A stretch of DNA of 64,000 nucleotides, taken from the NCBI GenBank assembly GCA_051313645.2, contig JBNRSN020000017.1, positions 1,488,001-1,552,000 on the forward strand, given 5' to 3'. The notes beneath the pieces are model-generated. The model did not search any database and had not been told where the DNA came from. It was given only the letters and a program-made list of their open reading frames with translations. This DNA is from Centroscyllium fabricii (taxonomy: Eukaryota). Below, piece by piece: positions 22,090-34,200 of this stretch (position 1 is the first letter of the stretch; every line of letters starts with the position of its first letter). Both the position numbers and the translations under genes were made by a program.

Positions 22090-22800
22090 TGACAAAAATC
22101 TATTGATCTGTTTTGAAATTTTCAATTGACGTCCCCCCCCCCCCCCCACCCCACAGCATCAACAGCTGTTTGGGGAGGGGGAAGGGTGAGAGTTCCAGAT
22201 TTCCACCCCCTTTTGTGTGAGGAAGTGCCTCCTGACATCACCCCTGAACGGCCTGGCTCTCATTTGAAGGTTCTGTCCCCTTTTTCCGGACAGCCCCCTC
22301 CCCCCACTACCAGAGGAAATAGTTTCTCTCGATCGACCCGATCGAATCCTTTAATCATAAACACCTCGATCAGATCACCCCTCAATCTTCTAAACTCCAG
22401 GGATTACAAGCCCAGTCTGTGCAACCTGTCCTCGGAATTTAACCCTTTAGCCCCGGGATCATCCTGGTGAATCTGGGCTGCCCGCCCCCCCCCCATCCCC
22501 CGAGGCCGATATATCCTTCCTGAGGGGCGGGGCCCAGAACTGAATGTAGAAATTTACAAGAAATGTTTTTGCACAGGGGGATCTTCGAAGAGGGAGAAGT
22601 TTACGACGGGGGGGGCTTACTGAGGGAGAGATTAACCATTTAAAAGGAAATTGGATAAGGATTTGAAAAGGTCAATGTAAAAGGATAAAGGGAAAGGGCA
22701 GGGTAGTGGGATCAGAGCGGCCAGCTCCTGGATAAGAGCGGCCAGCTCCTGGATAAGAGCAGGCACTGGGACAGGAGCAATGGGCCGAATGGCTGTGTGT
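22090..22800. mobile_element. Degenerate CR1 fragments (minus strand, then a + strand 3' end)
   Basis: TCAGATCACCCCTCAATCTTCTAAACTCC is the antisense of EFRRLRGDL. GGGCCGAATGGC tail at about 22782. Confidence 0.7.
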
Positions 22801-22907
22801 GCTGGAGGTTACCGTGTCAGTACTGGAGAAGCTGCTGATCGTTGGGTCTGCGCGATACAAAGGTTTGAAAAGATTTGTCATCGCGTCTTTCTGTTTCCTT
22901 CCTTCAG

Positions 22908-22974
22908 TCTCCAGGAAAACAGACCGTTTTCGTTGGAGTTTTTCAGGAAAATGATTGCAATTGAAAAGGAGCAG
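22908..22974 (+). CDS. UTP6: UTP6 coding exon (67 nt)
   Basis: cttcag|T CTC...CAG|gtgagt. SLQENRPFSLEFFRKMIAIEKEQ vs human SLQESRPFSVDFFRKMIQFEKEQ. Confidence 0.95.
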
Positions 22975-23094
22975 GTGAGTTAACTGACACTGGCGAACCC
23001 CTGTACAACCCACTTACATTGCCAAACTCAGTCACCGCTGCAGCCAGCAGTGGGCGGTGCGATGTGAGGAGGGGACCGTAAGGAGGGGGCAGTG

Positions 23095-23930
23095 GAACCG
23101 TGAGACCGGGCCGGGGATGCGTGAGACCGGGGCGGGCCGGGGGTGAGTGAAACGGAGCGGGGGTGCGTGAGGCCAGGGTGGGCCGGGGTTGCGTGAGACC
23201 GGGGCGGGGGTGCGTGAGACCGGGGCAGGCCGGGGGTGCGTGAGACCAAGGTGGGCCGGGGGTGCGCGAGACCGGGGTGGGCCAGGGGTGCGTGAGGCCG
23301 GGGGTGCGTGAGACCAGGGTGGGCTGGGGGTGCGTGAGACCGGGGTGGGCCAGGGGTGCGTGAGACCGGGGCGGGGAGGATGGGCACAGGATGGGCCGGG
23401 GGTGCATGAGACCAGGGTGGGCCGGGGGTGCATGAGACCGGGGCGGGGGTGCGTGAGATTAGGGTGGAGCGGGGGTGCGTGAGACCGGGGTGGGCCCAGG
23501 GTGCATGAGACCGGGCCGGGGGTGCGTGAGACCGGGGCGGGCCGGGGGTGCGTGAGACCGGGGCGGGCCGGGGGTGCGTGAGACCGGGGCGAGCCGGGGG
23601 TGTGAGAGACCAGGGTGGGCCGGGGGTGCGTGAGACCGGGGTGGGCCGGGGGTGCGTGAGACCGGGGCGGGCCGGGGGTGCGTGAGACCGGGGTGGGACC
23701 AGGGTGCATGAGACCGGTGCGGGGGTGCGTGAGACCGGGGTGGGCCCAGGGTGCGTGAGACCGGGGCAGGCCGGGGGTGCGTGAGACCAGGGCGGGCTGG
23801 GGGTGCGTGAGACCGGGCCGGGGCTGCATGAGACCAGGGTGGAGCGGGGTTGCGTAAGACCGGGGCGGGCCAGGGGTGCGTAAGCCCGGGGCGGGGAGGA
23901 TGGGCACAGGGTGGGGTGGGGGAGCGTGAG
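23095..23930. repeat. GC-rich ~22-27-bp minisatellite (GGGGGTGCGTGAGACCGGGGCGGGCC-like)
   Basis: About 30 recurrences of GTGC(G/A)TGAGACC separated by G-runs. Confidence 0.9.
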
Positions 23931-24343
23931 AATCTTTACTGATCATCTATTCACATCTTTTGCACTAACTGAGTGTTGAGCTGTCACAGGAGCAGCTCCT
24001 GTGATGCCCCAGTCTCCGAGAGGACAGATAGCCCAGCTTGGCTTGGGGCCACCCATAGAGAATATTTCCCCTTCACCTCCGCTAACGCTGCCCCATGTAC
24101 AGCAGAGTCCGGAGTGAGGGCGAGCGGGTGAGTGAGGGAGCAGTGTGTGAGTGATGGCGAGCGGGTGAGTGAGGGCGCAGTGTGTGAGTGAGGGAGCAGT
24201 GTGTGAGAACAGCAAGCTGACTGTGAAATCCAGACTTAGTCGGGTACTCGCCCTTCTCCATGGGTCGTATTCTAGTCTCTCGCCGATTGTTGGTAATGTT
24301 TACTCTTGGTTTGAAATCCTGAATTTGTTTTTTTTATCACAAG

Positions 24344-24416
24344 GAGTGCAGTAAAATGCAGCGTCTGAGGGAATATTACGAGCGGGCTCTCCGGGAGTTT
24401 GGATCCACAAGTTCTG
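24344..24416 (+). CDS. UTP6: UTP6 coding exon (73 nt)
   Basis: cacaag|GAG...G|gtagga. ECSKMQRLREYYERALREFGSTSS vs human ESCNMANIREYYERALREFGSADS. Confidence 0.95.
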
Positions 24417-24707
24417 GTAGGAATCTCTAAGCTTGTTGATCAGAAACAAATATTGCAGCATTATTAAATATGGACAAGGGCCTCACTTAGCCATTCAGCA
24501 TCATTTCCTCCATCTGTTGATTGGCAAATTCTGGCCTGTTGTCAGTGTTGCTGTTGGCGATAGGACAGTGTCACCATCTGTTCGGGTACCTGTGGGACCT
24601 GCTCACACCTCAGCTCCCTCTGTCTCAGTGCCAACTTCTTAACTTGAGTGGAAATTGGGTGGTTAAAGTATCAAATGATAGAATATTTACTGCTTTTCTG
24701 TCCGATG

Positions 24708-25088
24708 CTGTCCCATCAAACACTCCCAGGGCAGGTACAGCACGGGTTAGATACAGAGTAAAGCTCCCTCTACACTGTCCCATCAAACACTCCCAGGGCA
24801 GGTACAGCACGGGTTAGATACAGAGTAAAGCTCCCTCTACACTGTCCTATCAAACACTCCCAGGGCAGGTACAGCATGGGTTAGATACAGAGTAAAGCTC
24901 CCTCTACACTGTCCCATCAAACACTCCCAGGGCAGGTACAGCACGGGTTAGATACAGAGTAAAGCTCCCTCTACACTGTCCCATCAAACACTCCCAGGGC
25001 AGGTACAGCACAGGTTAGATACAGAGTAAAGCTCCCTCTACACTGACCCATCAAACACTCCCAGGGCAGGTACAGCACGGGTTAGATA
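24708..25088. repeat. 67-bp tandem repeat, about 5.7 copies
   Basis: Unit CTGTCCCATCAAACACTCCCAGGGCAGGTACAGCACGGGTTAGATACAGAGTAAAGCTCCCTCTACA at 24708, 24775 and onward. Confidence 0.95.
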
Positions 25089-25177
25089 TCTTTAATTCTA
25101 GTTTCAGGAGCTGAATAGGCGACTGGAACATAAGGAAGGGACTGAGCTTTTTGAAGGGATTGAGGAAGTACAATGAA

Positions 25178-25255
25178 ATAAAAAGGGAAACTGCTGGACA
25201 TGCTCAGCAGGTCAGGCAGCATCTGTTTCAGGTTGGTGCCATTTCGTCATCGGAG
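25178..25255 (-). mobile_element. Probable Penelope-like terminal fragment with a decayed hammerhead motif
   Basis: TGCTGGACATGCTCAGCAGGTCAGGCAGCATCTG followed by minus-strand TGACGAAA...ACCTGAAAC. Confidence 0.45.
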
Positions 25256-25532
25256 TATGGTGAAGTAGGTTGTGGAGGTTCAGAAGAGCAGAGTATGGTA
25301 AATGAAAGTTGGAGGGTGGGAGCAGAGATAAAGTGTGCGGGTAACGTTCCAGATACACCAGACCATTGAAATGGAGCGAGTTGGTGCTGAGAGCGAGAGG
25401 CTGGGTGCTGATCCATGCTGTGATTGGCTAAGAGGACAGCTTGGTTGAGATGGCCTGCCGGGGTGGTTGGCAGTGATTCTGGGAGAGCCGAGTGTTAATC
25501 ATTGGTTTAACGGTGCGGCATTCTCCCTCCAG

Positions 25533-25690
25533 ATCTGTGGCTGGAGTACATCGAGGAGGAGTGGAAGCAGGCGCACGGCAAACCCGAGCACACGGGGCAG
25601 ATCCACTGGCGAGCAATGAAAGCACTGCACGGGGAAGACGTGGAACGCTTCGTGTCTCGGTACACGCTGATGCAGACAGGGCACCTGTAA
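25533..25690 (+). CDS. UTP6: UTP6 terminal coding exon with stop
   Basis: ctccag|AT CTG...TAA. DLWLEYIEEEWKQAHGKPEHTGQIHWRAMKALHGEDVERFVSRYTLMQTGHL* vs human DLWMDYMKEELNHPLGRPENCGQIYWRAMKMLQGESAEAFVAKHAMHQTGHL*. Confidence 0.96.
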
Positions 25691-26072
25691 TTCCGTCCGT
25701 GCTGTACTGAAGCAAACCTCACTGAGACCAAAGTCCTCATTCTGTGAACATTTAAACCCATCCTGTCGATTCCTGGTGCTGTCTGTCACTCTGTTGGACA
25801 CTTTACACAGTTATTTAAAGTGTATATTGTTTGATTCGAGATTCTGATCAGGGTTCCGTGAGTTTTCTCCTGACTAACTTCCTTGTCCTGTCCACTGCAC
25901 TGAGTGGGAGGGGGGTTGGGGTGACCTCTGACCTGCAGGATGTGACACTGACCAATCACTGGATTGAAAGGCTTCGGACAGCATACGTTCTAAACTCAGC
26001 AGATAAAGTTTTTGATGTAATGATGTATCTGTGCAATTAATCTGTCTCGTCGCAACTCTTAACCTGAATGGG

Positions 26073-26078
26073 AATAAA
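26073..26078 (+). promoter_or_regulatory. Candidate UTP6 polyadenylation signal
   Basis: First AATAAA I found after the stop, about 380 nt downstream. Confidence 0.45.
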
Positions 26079-26384
26079 TCCTGGATCTTGCAGCAGCTTC
26101 AGACTGGAGCTGGAAGTCTGCGCTGAGGTGAAATGGGTTATATTGGGGGATGGATATTCAGTGAGTGGTCTCTCCCCAGCTTCTCGTTGGTATGGCGGTT
26201 CTATTGCACAGTCCGTGCCAGTCACTGACGACCAGTGTTGCGGTACCGTCTGCCAGTGGGGCAAGGGTGAGGGTGAGGGTGTGGTGCAGGCAAGCCGGGG
26301 CCGAGAGTGTCCCAGGTGCAGCACTCTCATTGGTCTAAAATCCAGAAATCCCACTGCTGTTTCTGGTGCTGTGAGATCTCCCGC

Positions 26385-26665
26385 TGAATCGCCCCCCCCC
26401 CGAATCTCCCCCTGAATCCCCCATCCCCCCCGAAGCGCTCTCCCCCTGAATCGAATCTCCCCCTGAATCCCATCCCCCCCAGAATCTCACCCTGAATCCC
26501 CCCGAATCGCGCCCCCCCTGAATCGCGCCCCCTCCGAATCGCGCCCCCTCCGAATCTCGCCCCCTCCGAATCTCCCCCTGAATCCCCCCGAATCGCGCCC
26601 CCCCCCCCCCGAATCTCCCCCTGAATCCCCCCGAATCGGCCCCCCCCCCCCGAATCCTCCCCCAC
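26385..26665. repeat. Degenerate ~11-14-bp C-rich repeat (GAATC-CCCC)n
   Basis: GAATC recurs with C-runs about 20 times. Confidence 0.85.
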
Positions 26666-27069
26666 ACTCCCTCCCCCCCCGGATCTCTCTCTCGCCCCAA
26701 CCAGTCTCTCTCTCCCAGTCTCTCTTCTCTCCCGCCCCTGCCCCTGTGGGGCTGAGCCCGCGGGGCTCTGTGAATTTGGTTTTAATTAAAACAAACAGCA
26801 GGAGGTTGGAATCCAGCCACTATTCTAAACTGGAATTCTTTATTTTTGAGGGTTAGCGCCTGAACAGAAACAAACACATTAAAGGAAGTCAAGTGCAGCT
26901 CTCGATATCCAGCAATAGCGTGCTGACACAACACCGCTGCAGAGGAGCGAGGGAGAATCCAGGTCACTGTTGGAATATAGGCTGACTTCATTCTGCAATT
27001 GGTTAATATCATGTAAATGTAAGAATAAGATATGACTGTTCCTTGAGAACGCTGGGGGGGAAACGGATA

Positions 27070-27718
27070 CAGGTTGAGCACCGTTATACCGGCACGGGCG
27101 GGACTAGGCCCGGGCCGCTTTTGCGAAAAAACCGGAAGAATGAAGTTGGCCGGTGCGCATGCGCGTAACATTGTAATCATAAAATCGCCTCCCTCTCCTT
27201 GCCACAGGATTGACAGGCTGCTTCACCAATCACAAGCCTCCTGCCACCCCGCCGCCCCCCCCCCCCCCACCCCAATCAAAGCAAGCTAGGCAGTACCTGT
27301 CCCCGTTTCAAGCGCAATTGGGGGCGCGTGGTAAACACCGATGTGGGGTATCTGCTCCTCATCCGACAGGTCGGAGAAGGCCTCCTCCTCGTATCCTAGC
27401 GACTCCGAGGCGCCGGAGCTCTTGGCCTCCCGAGTCCGAGTCGCTGCTGCCTTCCATGGGGTCGGCGTCTCCTGAAGCCATCGGGACGGTGAGTGTGAAT
27501 GTGCCGGGATCAAAGGCTGGACTGGGCTCTGCTGCTCTCTCTCGCCTGTCCTCTCCTGTCTGTCTGCTCGCCCAGACTGCCCTGCGCCTGCGCAAAATGG
27601 GCGCCGCGATCGAGGCTTCGGCGAATAATCTGCGAATGCGCCGGGCAGTCGGGGCGATTTGTGCCGGACGACTGAAGTTGCCGGCTTTTCGGTTGCCCGA
27701 TTAACGGTGCTCAACCTG
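27070..27718. mobile_element. Tigger/pogo-like TIR element, copy 2, inverted relative to copy 1
   Basis: TA-CAGGTTGAGCACCGTTA...TAACGGTGCTCAACCTG-TA. Subterminal ~70-110 bp match copy 1 in the opposite orientation. Confidence 0.88.
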
Positions 27719-27796
27719 TAGTGGATATTAGCTGGGAACTGGGCTCAATGGAATGAAAGCTTGTCTGGGGCTTTGAGTTAGGGTTACTGAACTCGC

Positions 27797-27980
27797 CACA
27801 GATACCCCAGACACCGAGCCGCAGATTCCCCAGACACCGAGCCGCAGATTCCCCAGACACCGAGCCGCAGATTCCCCAGACACCGAGCCGCAGATTCCCC
27901 AGACACCGAGCCGCAGATTCCCCAGACACCGAGCCGCAGATTCCCCAGACACCGAGCCGCAGATTCCCCAGACACCGAGC
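27797..27980. repeat. 23-bp tandem repeat (GAGCCGCAGATTCCCCAGACACC) x about 8
   Basis: Near-perfect copies read directly. Confidence 0.95.
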
Positions 27981-28256
27981 CTGTTGCAGGGGACAGGCAG
28001 AGATTAGTATTTGAGCTGGAGAAGGTTGTTGATGTTCGGGTCTATCAGTTAGATCACTATGTGTTGCAGTGCATTGGAGCTTACAGGATTTCTCAAGAAG
28101 CGGTGCCCCTGGAAGGAGAATGCTGTGCGGGAGTCTGGGGACTGTTAGTTGGGGCAGTTCTAAACTTTAACTTGAGCTGTCTGGCTAATGGCACTTTTAC
28201 TGAGGTGACTGGGTTTGTGTGTTGCCCTTCCATTCCAACCCGTTCCTGATTTACTA

Positions 28257-31200
28257 CTCGGGATAGTGAGGATTGCAGCTCGGGATAGTGAGGATTGCAG
28301 CTCGGGATAGTGAGGGTTACAGCTCGCGATAGTGAGGATTACAGCTCGGGATAGTGAGGATTGCAGCTCGGGATAGTGAGGATTGCAGCTCGGGATAGTG
28401 AGGGTTACAGCTCGCGATAGTGAGGATTACAGCTCGGGATAGTGAGGATTACAGCTCGGGATAGTGAGGATTGCAGCTCGGGATAGTGAGGATTGCAGCT
28501 CGGGATAGTGAGGATTACAGAACGGGATAGTGAGGATTGCAGCTCGGGATAGTGAGGATTGCAGCTCGGGATAGTGAGGATTACAGAACGGGATAGTGAG
28601 GATTGCAGCTCAGGAGAGTGAGGATTGCAGCTCGGGAGAGTGAGGATTGCAGCTCGGGAGAGTGAGGATTGCAGCTCGGGAGAGTGAGGATTGCCGCTCG
28701 GGATAGTGAGGATTGCAGCTCGGATAGTGAGGATTGCAGCTCGGGATAGTGAAGATTACAGCTCGGGATAGTGAGGATTGCAGCTCGGATAGTGAGGATT
28801 ACAGCTCGGGATAGTGAGGATTACAGCTCGGGATAGTGAGGATTGATTGCAGCTCGGGATAGTGAGGATTGATTGCAGCTCGGGATAGTGAGGATTGCAG
28901 CTCGGATAGTGAGGATTACAGCTCGGGATAGTGAGGATTGCAGCTCGGATAGTGAGAATTACAGTGCGGGATAGTGAGGATTGCAGCTCGGATAGTGAGG
29001 ATTACAGCTCGGGATAGTGAGGATTGCAGCTCGGATAGTGAGAATTACAGTGCGGGATAGTGAGGATTGCAGCTCGGGATAGTGAGGTTTGCAGCTCGGG
29101 ATAGTGAGGATTGCAGCTCGGGATAGTGAGGATTGCAGCTCGGGATAGTGAGGATTGCAGCTCGGGATAGTGAGGATTGCAGCTCGGGATAGTGAGGATT
29201 GCAGCTCGGATAGTGAGGATTGCAGCTCGGGATAGTGAGGATTGATTGCAGCTCGGGATAGTGAGGATTGCAGCGCAGGATAGTGAGGATTACAGCTCGG
29301 GATAGTGAGGATTACAGCTCGGGATAGTGAGGATTGCAGCTCGGGATAGTGAGGATTGATTGCAGCTCGGGATAGTGAGGATTGCAGCTCGGGACAGTGA
29401 GGATTACATTCGGGATAGTGAAGATTGCAGCTCGGGATAGTGAGGATTGATTGCAACTCGGGATAGTGAGGATTGCAGCTCGGATAGTGAGGATTACAGC
29501 TCGGGATAGTGAGGATTACAGCTCGGGATAGTGAGGAGTGCAGCTCGTGATAGTGAGGATTGCAGCTCGGGATAGTGAGGATTGCAGCTCGGGATAGTGA
29601 GGATTGCAGCTCGGGATAGTGAGGATTGCAGCTCGGGATAGTGAGGATTGATTGCAGCTCGGGATAGTGAGGATTGCAGCTCGGGGTAGTGAGGATTGCA
29701 GCTCGGGATAGTGAGGATTGCAGCTCGGGATAGTGAGGATTACAGCTCGGGATAGTGAGTGCAGCTCGGGATAGTGAGGATTGCAGCTCGGGATAGTGAG
29801 GATTGCAGCTCGGGATAGTGAGGATTGCAGCTCGGATAGTGAGGATTGCAGCTCGGGATAGTGAAGATTACAGCTCGGGATAGTGAGGATTGCAGCTCGG
29901 ATAGTGAGGATTACAGCTCGGGATAGTGAGGATTACAACTCGGGATAGTGAGGATTGATTGCAGCTCGGGATAGTGAGGATTGATTGCAGCTCGGGATAG
30001 TGAGGATTGCAGCTCGGATAGTGAGGATTACAGCTCGGGATAGTGAGGATTACAGCTCGGGATAGTGAAGATTGCAGCTCGGGATAGTGAGGATTGATTG
30101 CAGCTCGGGATAGTGAGGATTGCAGCTCGGATAGTGAGGATTACAGCTCGGGATAGTGAGGATTGCAGCTCGGGATAGTGAGGAGTGCAGCTCGGGATAG
30201 TGAGGAGTGCAGCTCGGGATAGTGAGGATTGCACCTCGGGATAGTGAGGATTGCAGCTCGGGATAGTGAGGATTGCAGCTCGGGATAGTGAGGATTGCAG
30301 CTCGGGATAGTGAGGATTACAGCTCGGGATAGTGAGGATTGCAGCTCGGGATAGTGAGGATTGCAGCGCGGGATAGTGAGGATTGCAGCTCGGGATAGTG
30401 AGGATTGCAGCTCGGATAGTGAGGATTACAGCTCGGGATAGTGAGGATTACAGCTCGGGATAGTGAGGATTGCAGCTCGGGATAGTGAGGATTGCAGCTC
30501 GGGATAGTGAGGATTGCAGCTCGGGATAGTGAGGAATGCAGCTCAGGATAGTGAGGATTACAGCTCAGGATAGTGAGCATTGCAGCTCGGGAGAGAGGAT
30601 TGCAGCTAGAGAGAATGAGGATTGCAGCTCGGGATAGTGAGGATTGCAGCTCGGGATAGTGAGGAATGCAGCTCGGGATAGTGAGGATTGCAGCTCGGGA
30701 TAGTGAGGATTACAGCTCGGGATAGTGAGGATTGCAGCTCGGGATAGTGAGGATTGCAGCTCGGGATAGTGAGGATTGCAGCTCGGATAGTGAGGATTGC
30801 AGCTCGGGATAGTGAAGATTACAGCTCGGGATAGTGAGGATTGCAGCTCGGATAGTGAGGATTACAGCTCGGGATAGTGAGGATTACAACTCGGGATAGT
30901 GAGGATTGATTGCAGCTCGGGATAGTGAGGATTGATTGCAGCTCGGGATAGTGAGGATTGCAGCTCGGATAGTGAGGATTACAGCTCGGGATAGTGAAGA
31001 TTGCAGCTCGGGATAGTGAGGATTGATTGCAGCTCGGGATAGTGAGGATTGCAGCTCGGATAGTGAGGATTACAGCTCGGGATAGTGAGGATTGCAGCTC
31101 GGGATAGTGAGGAGTGCAGCTCGGGATAGTGAGGATTGCACCTCGGGATAGTGAGGATTGCAGCTCGGGATAGTGAGGATTGCAGCTCGGGATAGTGAGG

Positions 31201-34200
31201 ATTGCAGCTCGGGATAGTGAGGATTACAGCTCGGGATAGTGAGGATTGCAGCTCGGGATAGTGAGGATTACAGCTCGGGATAGTGAGGATTGCAGCTCGG
31301 GATAGTGAGGAGTGCAGCTCGGGATAGTGAGGATTGCACCTCGGGATAGTGAGGATTGCAGCTCGGGATAGTGAGGATTGCAGCTCGGGATAGTGAGGAT
31401 TGCAGCTCGGGATAGTGAGGAATGCAGCTCAGGATAGTGAGGATTACAGCTCAGGATAGTGAGCATTGCAGCTCGGGAGAGAGGATTGCAGCTAGGGAGA
31501 ATGAGGATTGCAGCTCGGGATAGTGAGGATTGCAGCTCGGGAGAGTGAGGATTGCAGCTCGGGATAGTGAGGATTGCAGCTCGGGATAGTGAGGATTACA
31601 GCTCGGGATAGTGAGGAGTGCAGCTCGGGATAGTGAGGATTACAGCTCGAGATAGTGAGGATTGCAGCTCGGGATAGTGAGGATTGATTGCAGCTCGGGA
31701 TAGTGAGGATTGATTGCAGCTCGGGATAGTGAGGATTGATTGCAGCTCGGGATAGTGAGGATTGATTGCAGCTCGTGATAGTGAGAATTGCAGCTCGGGA
31801 TAGTGAGGATTGCAGCTCGGGATAGTGAGGATTGCAGCTCGGGATAGTGAGGATTGCAGCTCGGGATAGTGAGGATTACAGCTCAGGATAGTGAGCATTG
31901 CAGCTCGGGAGAGAGGATTGCAGCTCGGGATAGTGAGGATTACAGCGCGGGATAGTGAGGATTGCAGCTCGGGATAGTGAGGATTGCAGCTCGGGATAGT
32001 GAGGATTGCAGCTCGGGATAGTGAGGAATGCAGCTCAGGATAGTGAGGATTACAGCTCGGGATAGTGAGGATTGCAGCTCGGGAGAGAGGATTGCAGCTC
32101 GGGATAGTGAGGATTACAGCGCGGGATAGTGAGGATTGCAGCTCGGGATAGTGACGATTGCAGCTCGGGATAGTGACGATTACAGCTCAGGATAGTGAGC
32201 ATTGCAGCTCGGGAGAGAGGATTGCAGCTCGGGAGAGTGAGGATTGCAGCTCGGGAGAGTGAGGATTGCAGCTCGGGAGAGTGAGGATTGCAGCTCGGGA
32301 GAGTGAGGATTGCAGCTCGGGAGAGAGGATTGCAGCTCGGGATAGTGAGAATTGCAGCTCGGGATAGTGAGGATTGCAGCTCGGGATAGTCAGGATTGCA
32401 GCTCGGGATAGTGAGGATTACAGCTCGGGATAGTGAGGATTACAGCTCGGGATAGTGAGGATTGCAGCGCGGGATAGTGAGGATTGCAGCTCGGGATAGT
32501 GAGGATTGCAGCTCGGATAGTGAGGATTACAGCTTGGGATAGTGAGGATTACAACTCGGGATAGTGAGGATTGATTGCAGCTCGGGATAGTGAGGATTGA
32601 TTGCAGCTCGGGATAGTGAGGATTGCAGCTCGGATAGTGAGGATTACAGCTCGGGATAGTGAGGATTACAGCTCGGGATCGTGAAGATTGCAGCTCGGGA
32701 TAGTGAGGATTGATTGCAGCTCGGGATAGTGAGGATTGCAGCTCGGATAGTGAGGATTACAGCTCGGGATAGTGAGGATTGCAGCTCGGGATAGTGAGGA
32801 GTGCAGCTCGGGATAGTGAGGATTGCACCTCGGGATAGTGAGGATTGCAGCTCGGGATAGTGAGGATTGCAGCTCGGGATAGTGAGGATTGCAGCTCAGG
32901 ATAGTGAGGATTACAGCTCGGGATAGTGAGGATTGCAGCGCGGGATAGTGAGGATTGCAGCGCGGGATAGTGAGGATTGCAGCTCGGGATAGTGAGGATT
33001 GCAGCTCGGGATAGTGAGGATTGCAGCTCGGGATAGTGAGGATTGCAGCTCGGGATAGTGAGGAGTGCAGCTCGGGATAGTGAGGATTGCACCTCGGGAT
33101 AGTGAGGATTGCAGCTCGGGATAGTGAGGATTGCAGCTCGGGATAGTGAGGATTGCAGCTCGGGATAGTGAGGAATGCAGCTCAGGATAGTGAGGATTAC
33201 AGCTCAGGATAGTGAGCATTGCAGCTCGGGAGAGAGGATTGCAGCTAGGGAGAATGAGGATTGCAGCTCGGGATAGTGAGGATTGCAGCTCGGGAGAGTG
33301 AGGATTGCAGCTCGGGATAGTGAGGATTGCAGCTCGGGATAGTGAGGATTACAGCTCGGGATAGTGAGGAGTGCAGCTCGGGATAGTGAGGATTACAGCT
33401 CGAGATAGTGAGGATTACAGCTCGAGATAGTGAGGATTGCAGCTCGAGATAGTGAGGATTGCAGCTCGGGATAGTGAGGATTGATTGCAGCTCTGGATAG
33501 TGAGGATTGATTGCAGCTCGGGATAGTGAGGATTGATTGCAGCTCGTGATAGTGAGAATTGCAGCTCGGGATAGTGAGGATTGCAGCTCGGGATAGTGAG
33601 GATTGCAGCTCGGGATAGTGAGGATTACAGCTCAGGATAGTGAGGATTGCAGCTCGGGATAGTGAGGATTACAGCGCGGGATAGTGAGGATTGCAGCTCG
33701 GGATAGTGAGGATTGCAGCTCGGGATAGTGAGGAATGCAGCTCAGGATAGTGAGGATTACAGCTCGGGATAGTGAGGATTGCAGCTCGGGAGAGAGGATT
33801 GCAGCTCGGGATAGTGAGGATTACAGCGCGGGATAGTGAGGATTGCAGCTCGGGATAGTGAGGATTGCAGCTCGGGATAGTGATGATTGCAGCTCGGGAT
33901 AGTGAGGATTACAGCTCAGGATAGTGAGCATTGCAGCTCGGGAGAGAGGATTGCAGCTCGGGAGAGTGAGGATTGCAGCTCGGGAGAGTGAGGATTGCAG
34001 CTCGGGAGAGTGAGGATTGCAGCTCGGGAGAGAGGATTGCAGCTCGGGATAGTGAGAATTGCAGCTCGGGATAGTGAGGATTGCAGCTCGGGATAGTCAG
34101 GATTGCAGCTCGGGATAGTGAGGATTACAGCTCGGGATAGTGAGGAGTGCAGCTCGGGATAGTGAGGATTAAAGCTCGGGATAGTGAGGATTGCAGCTCG

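Noticed and set aside
22943-23946. Pro/His-rich ORFs
   Set aside because: Antisense translation of a GC-rich minisatellite in a UTP6 intron.
27286-27600. COPRS, the human neighbour of UTP6, as the source of the acidic peptide
   Set aside because: Only compositional similarity, opposite orientation to the human arrangement as I recall it, and located inside TIRs.
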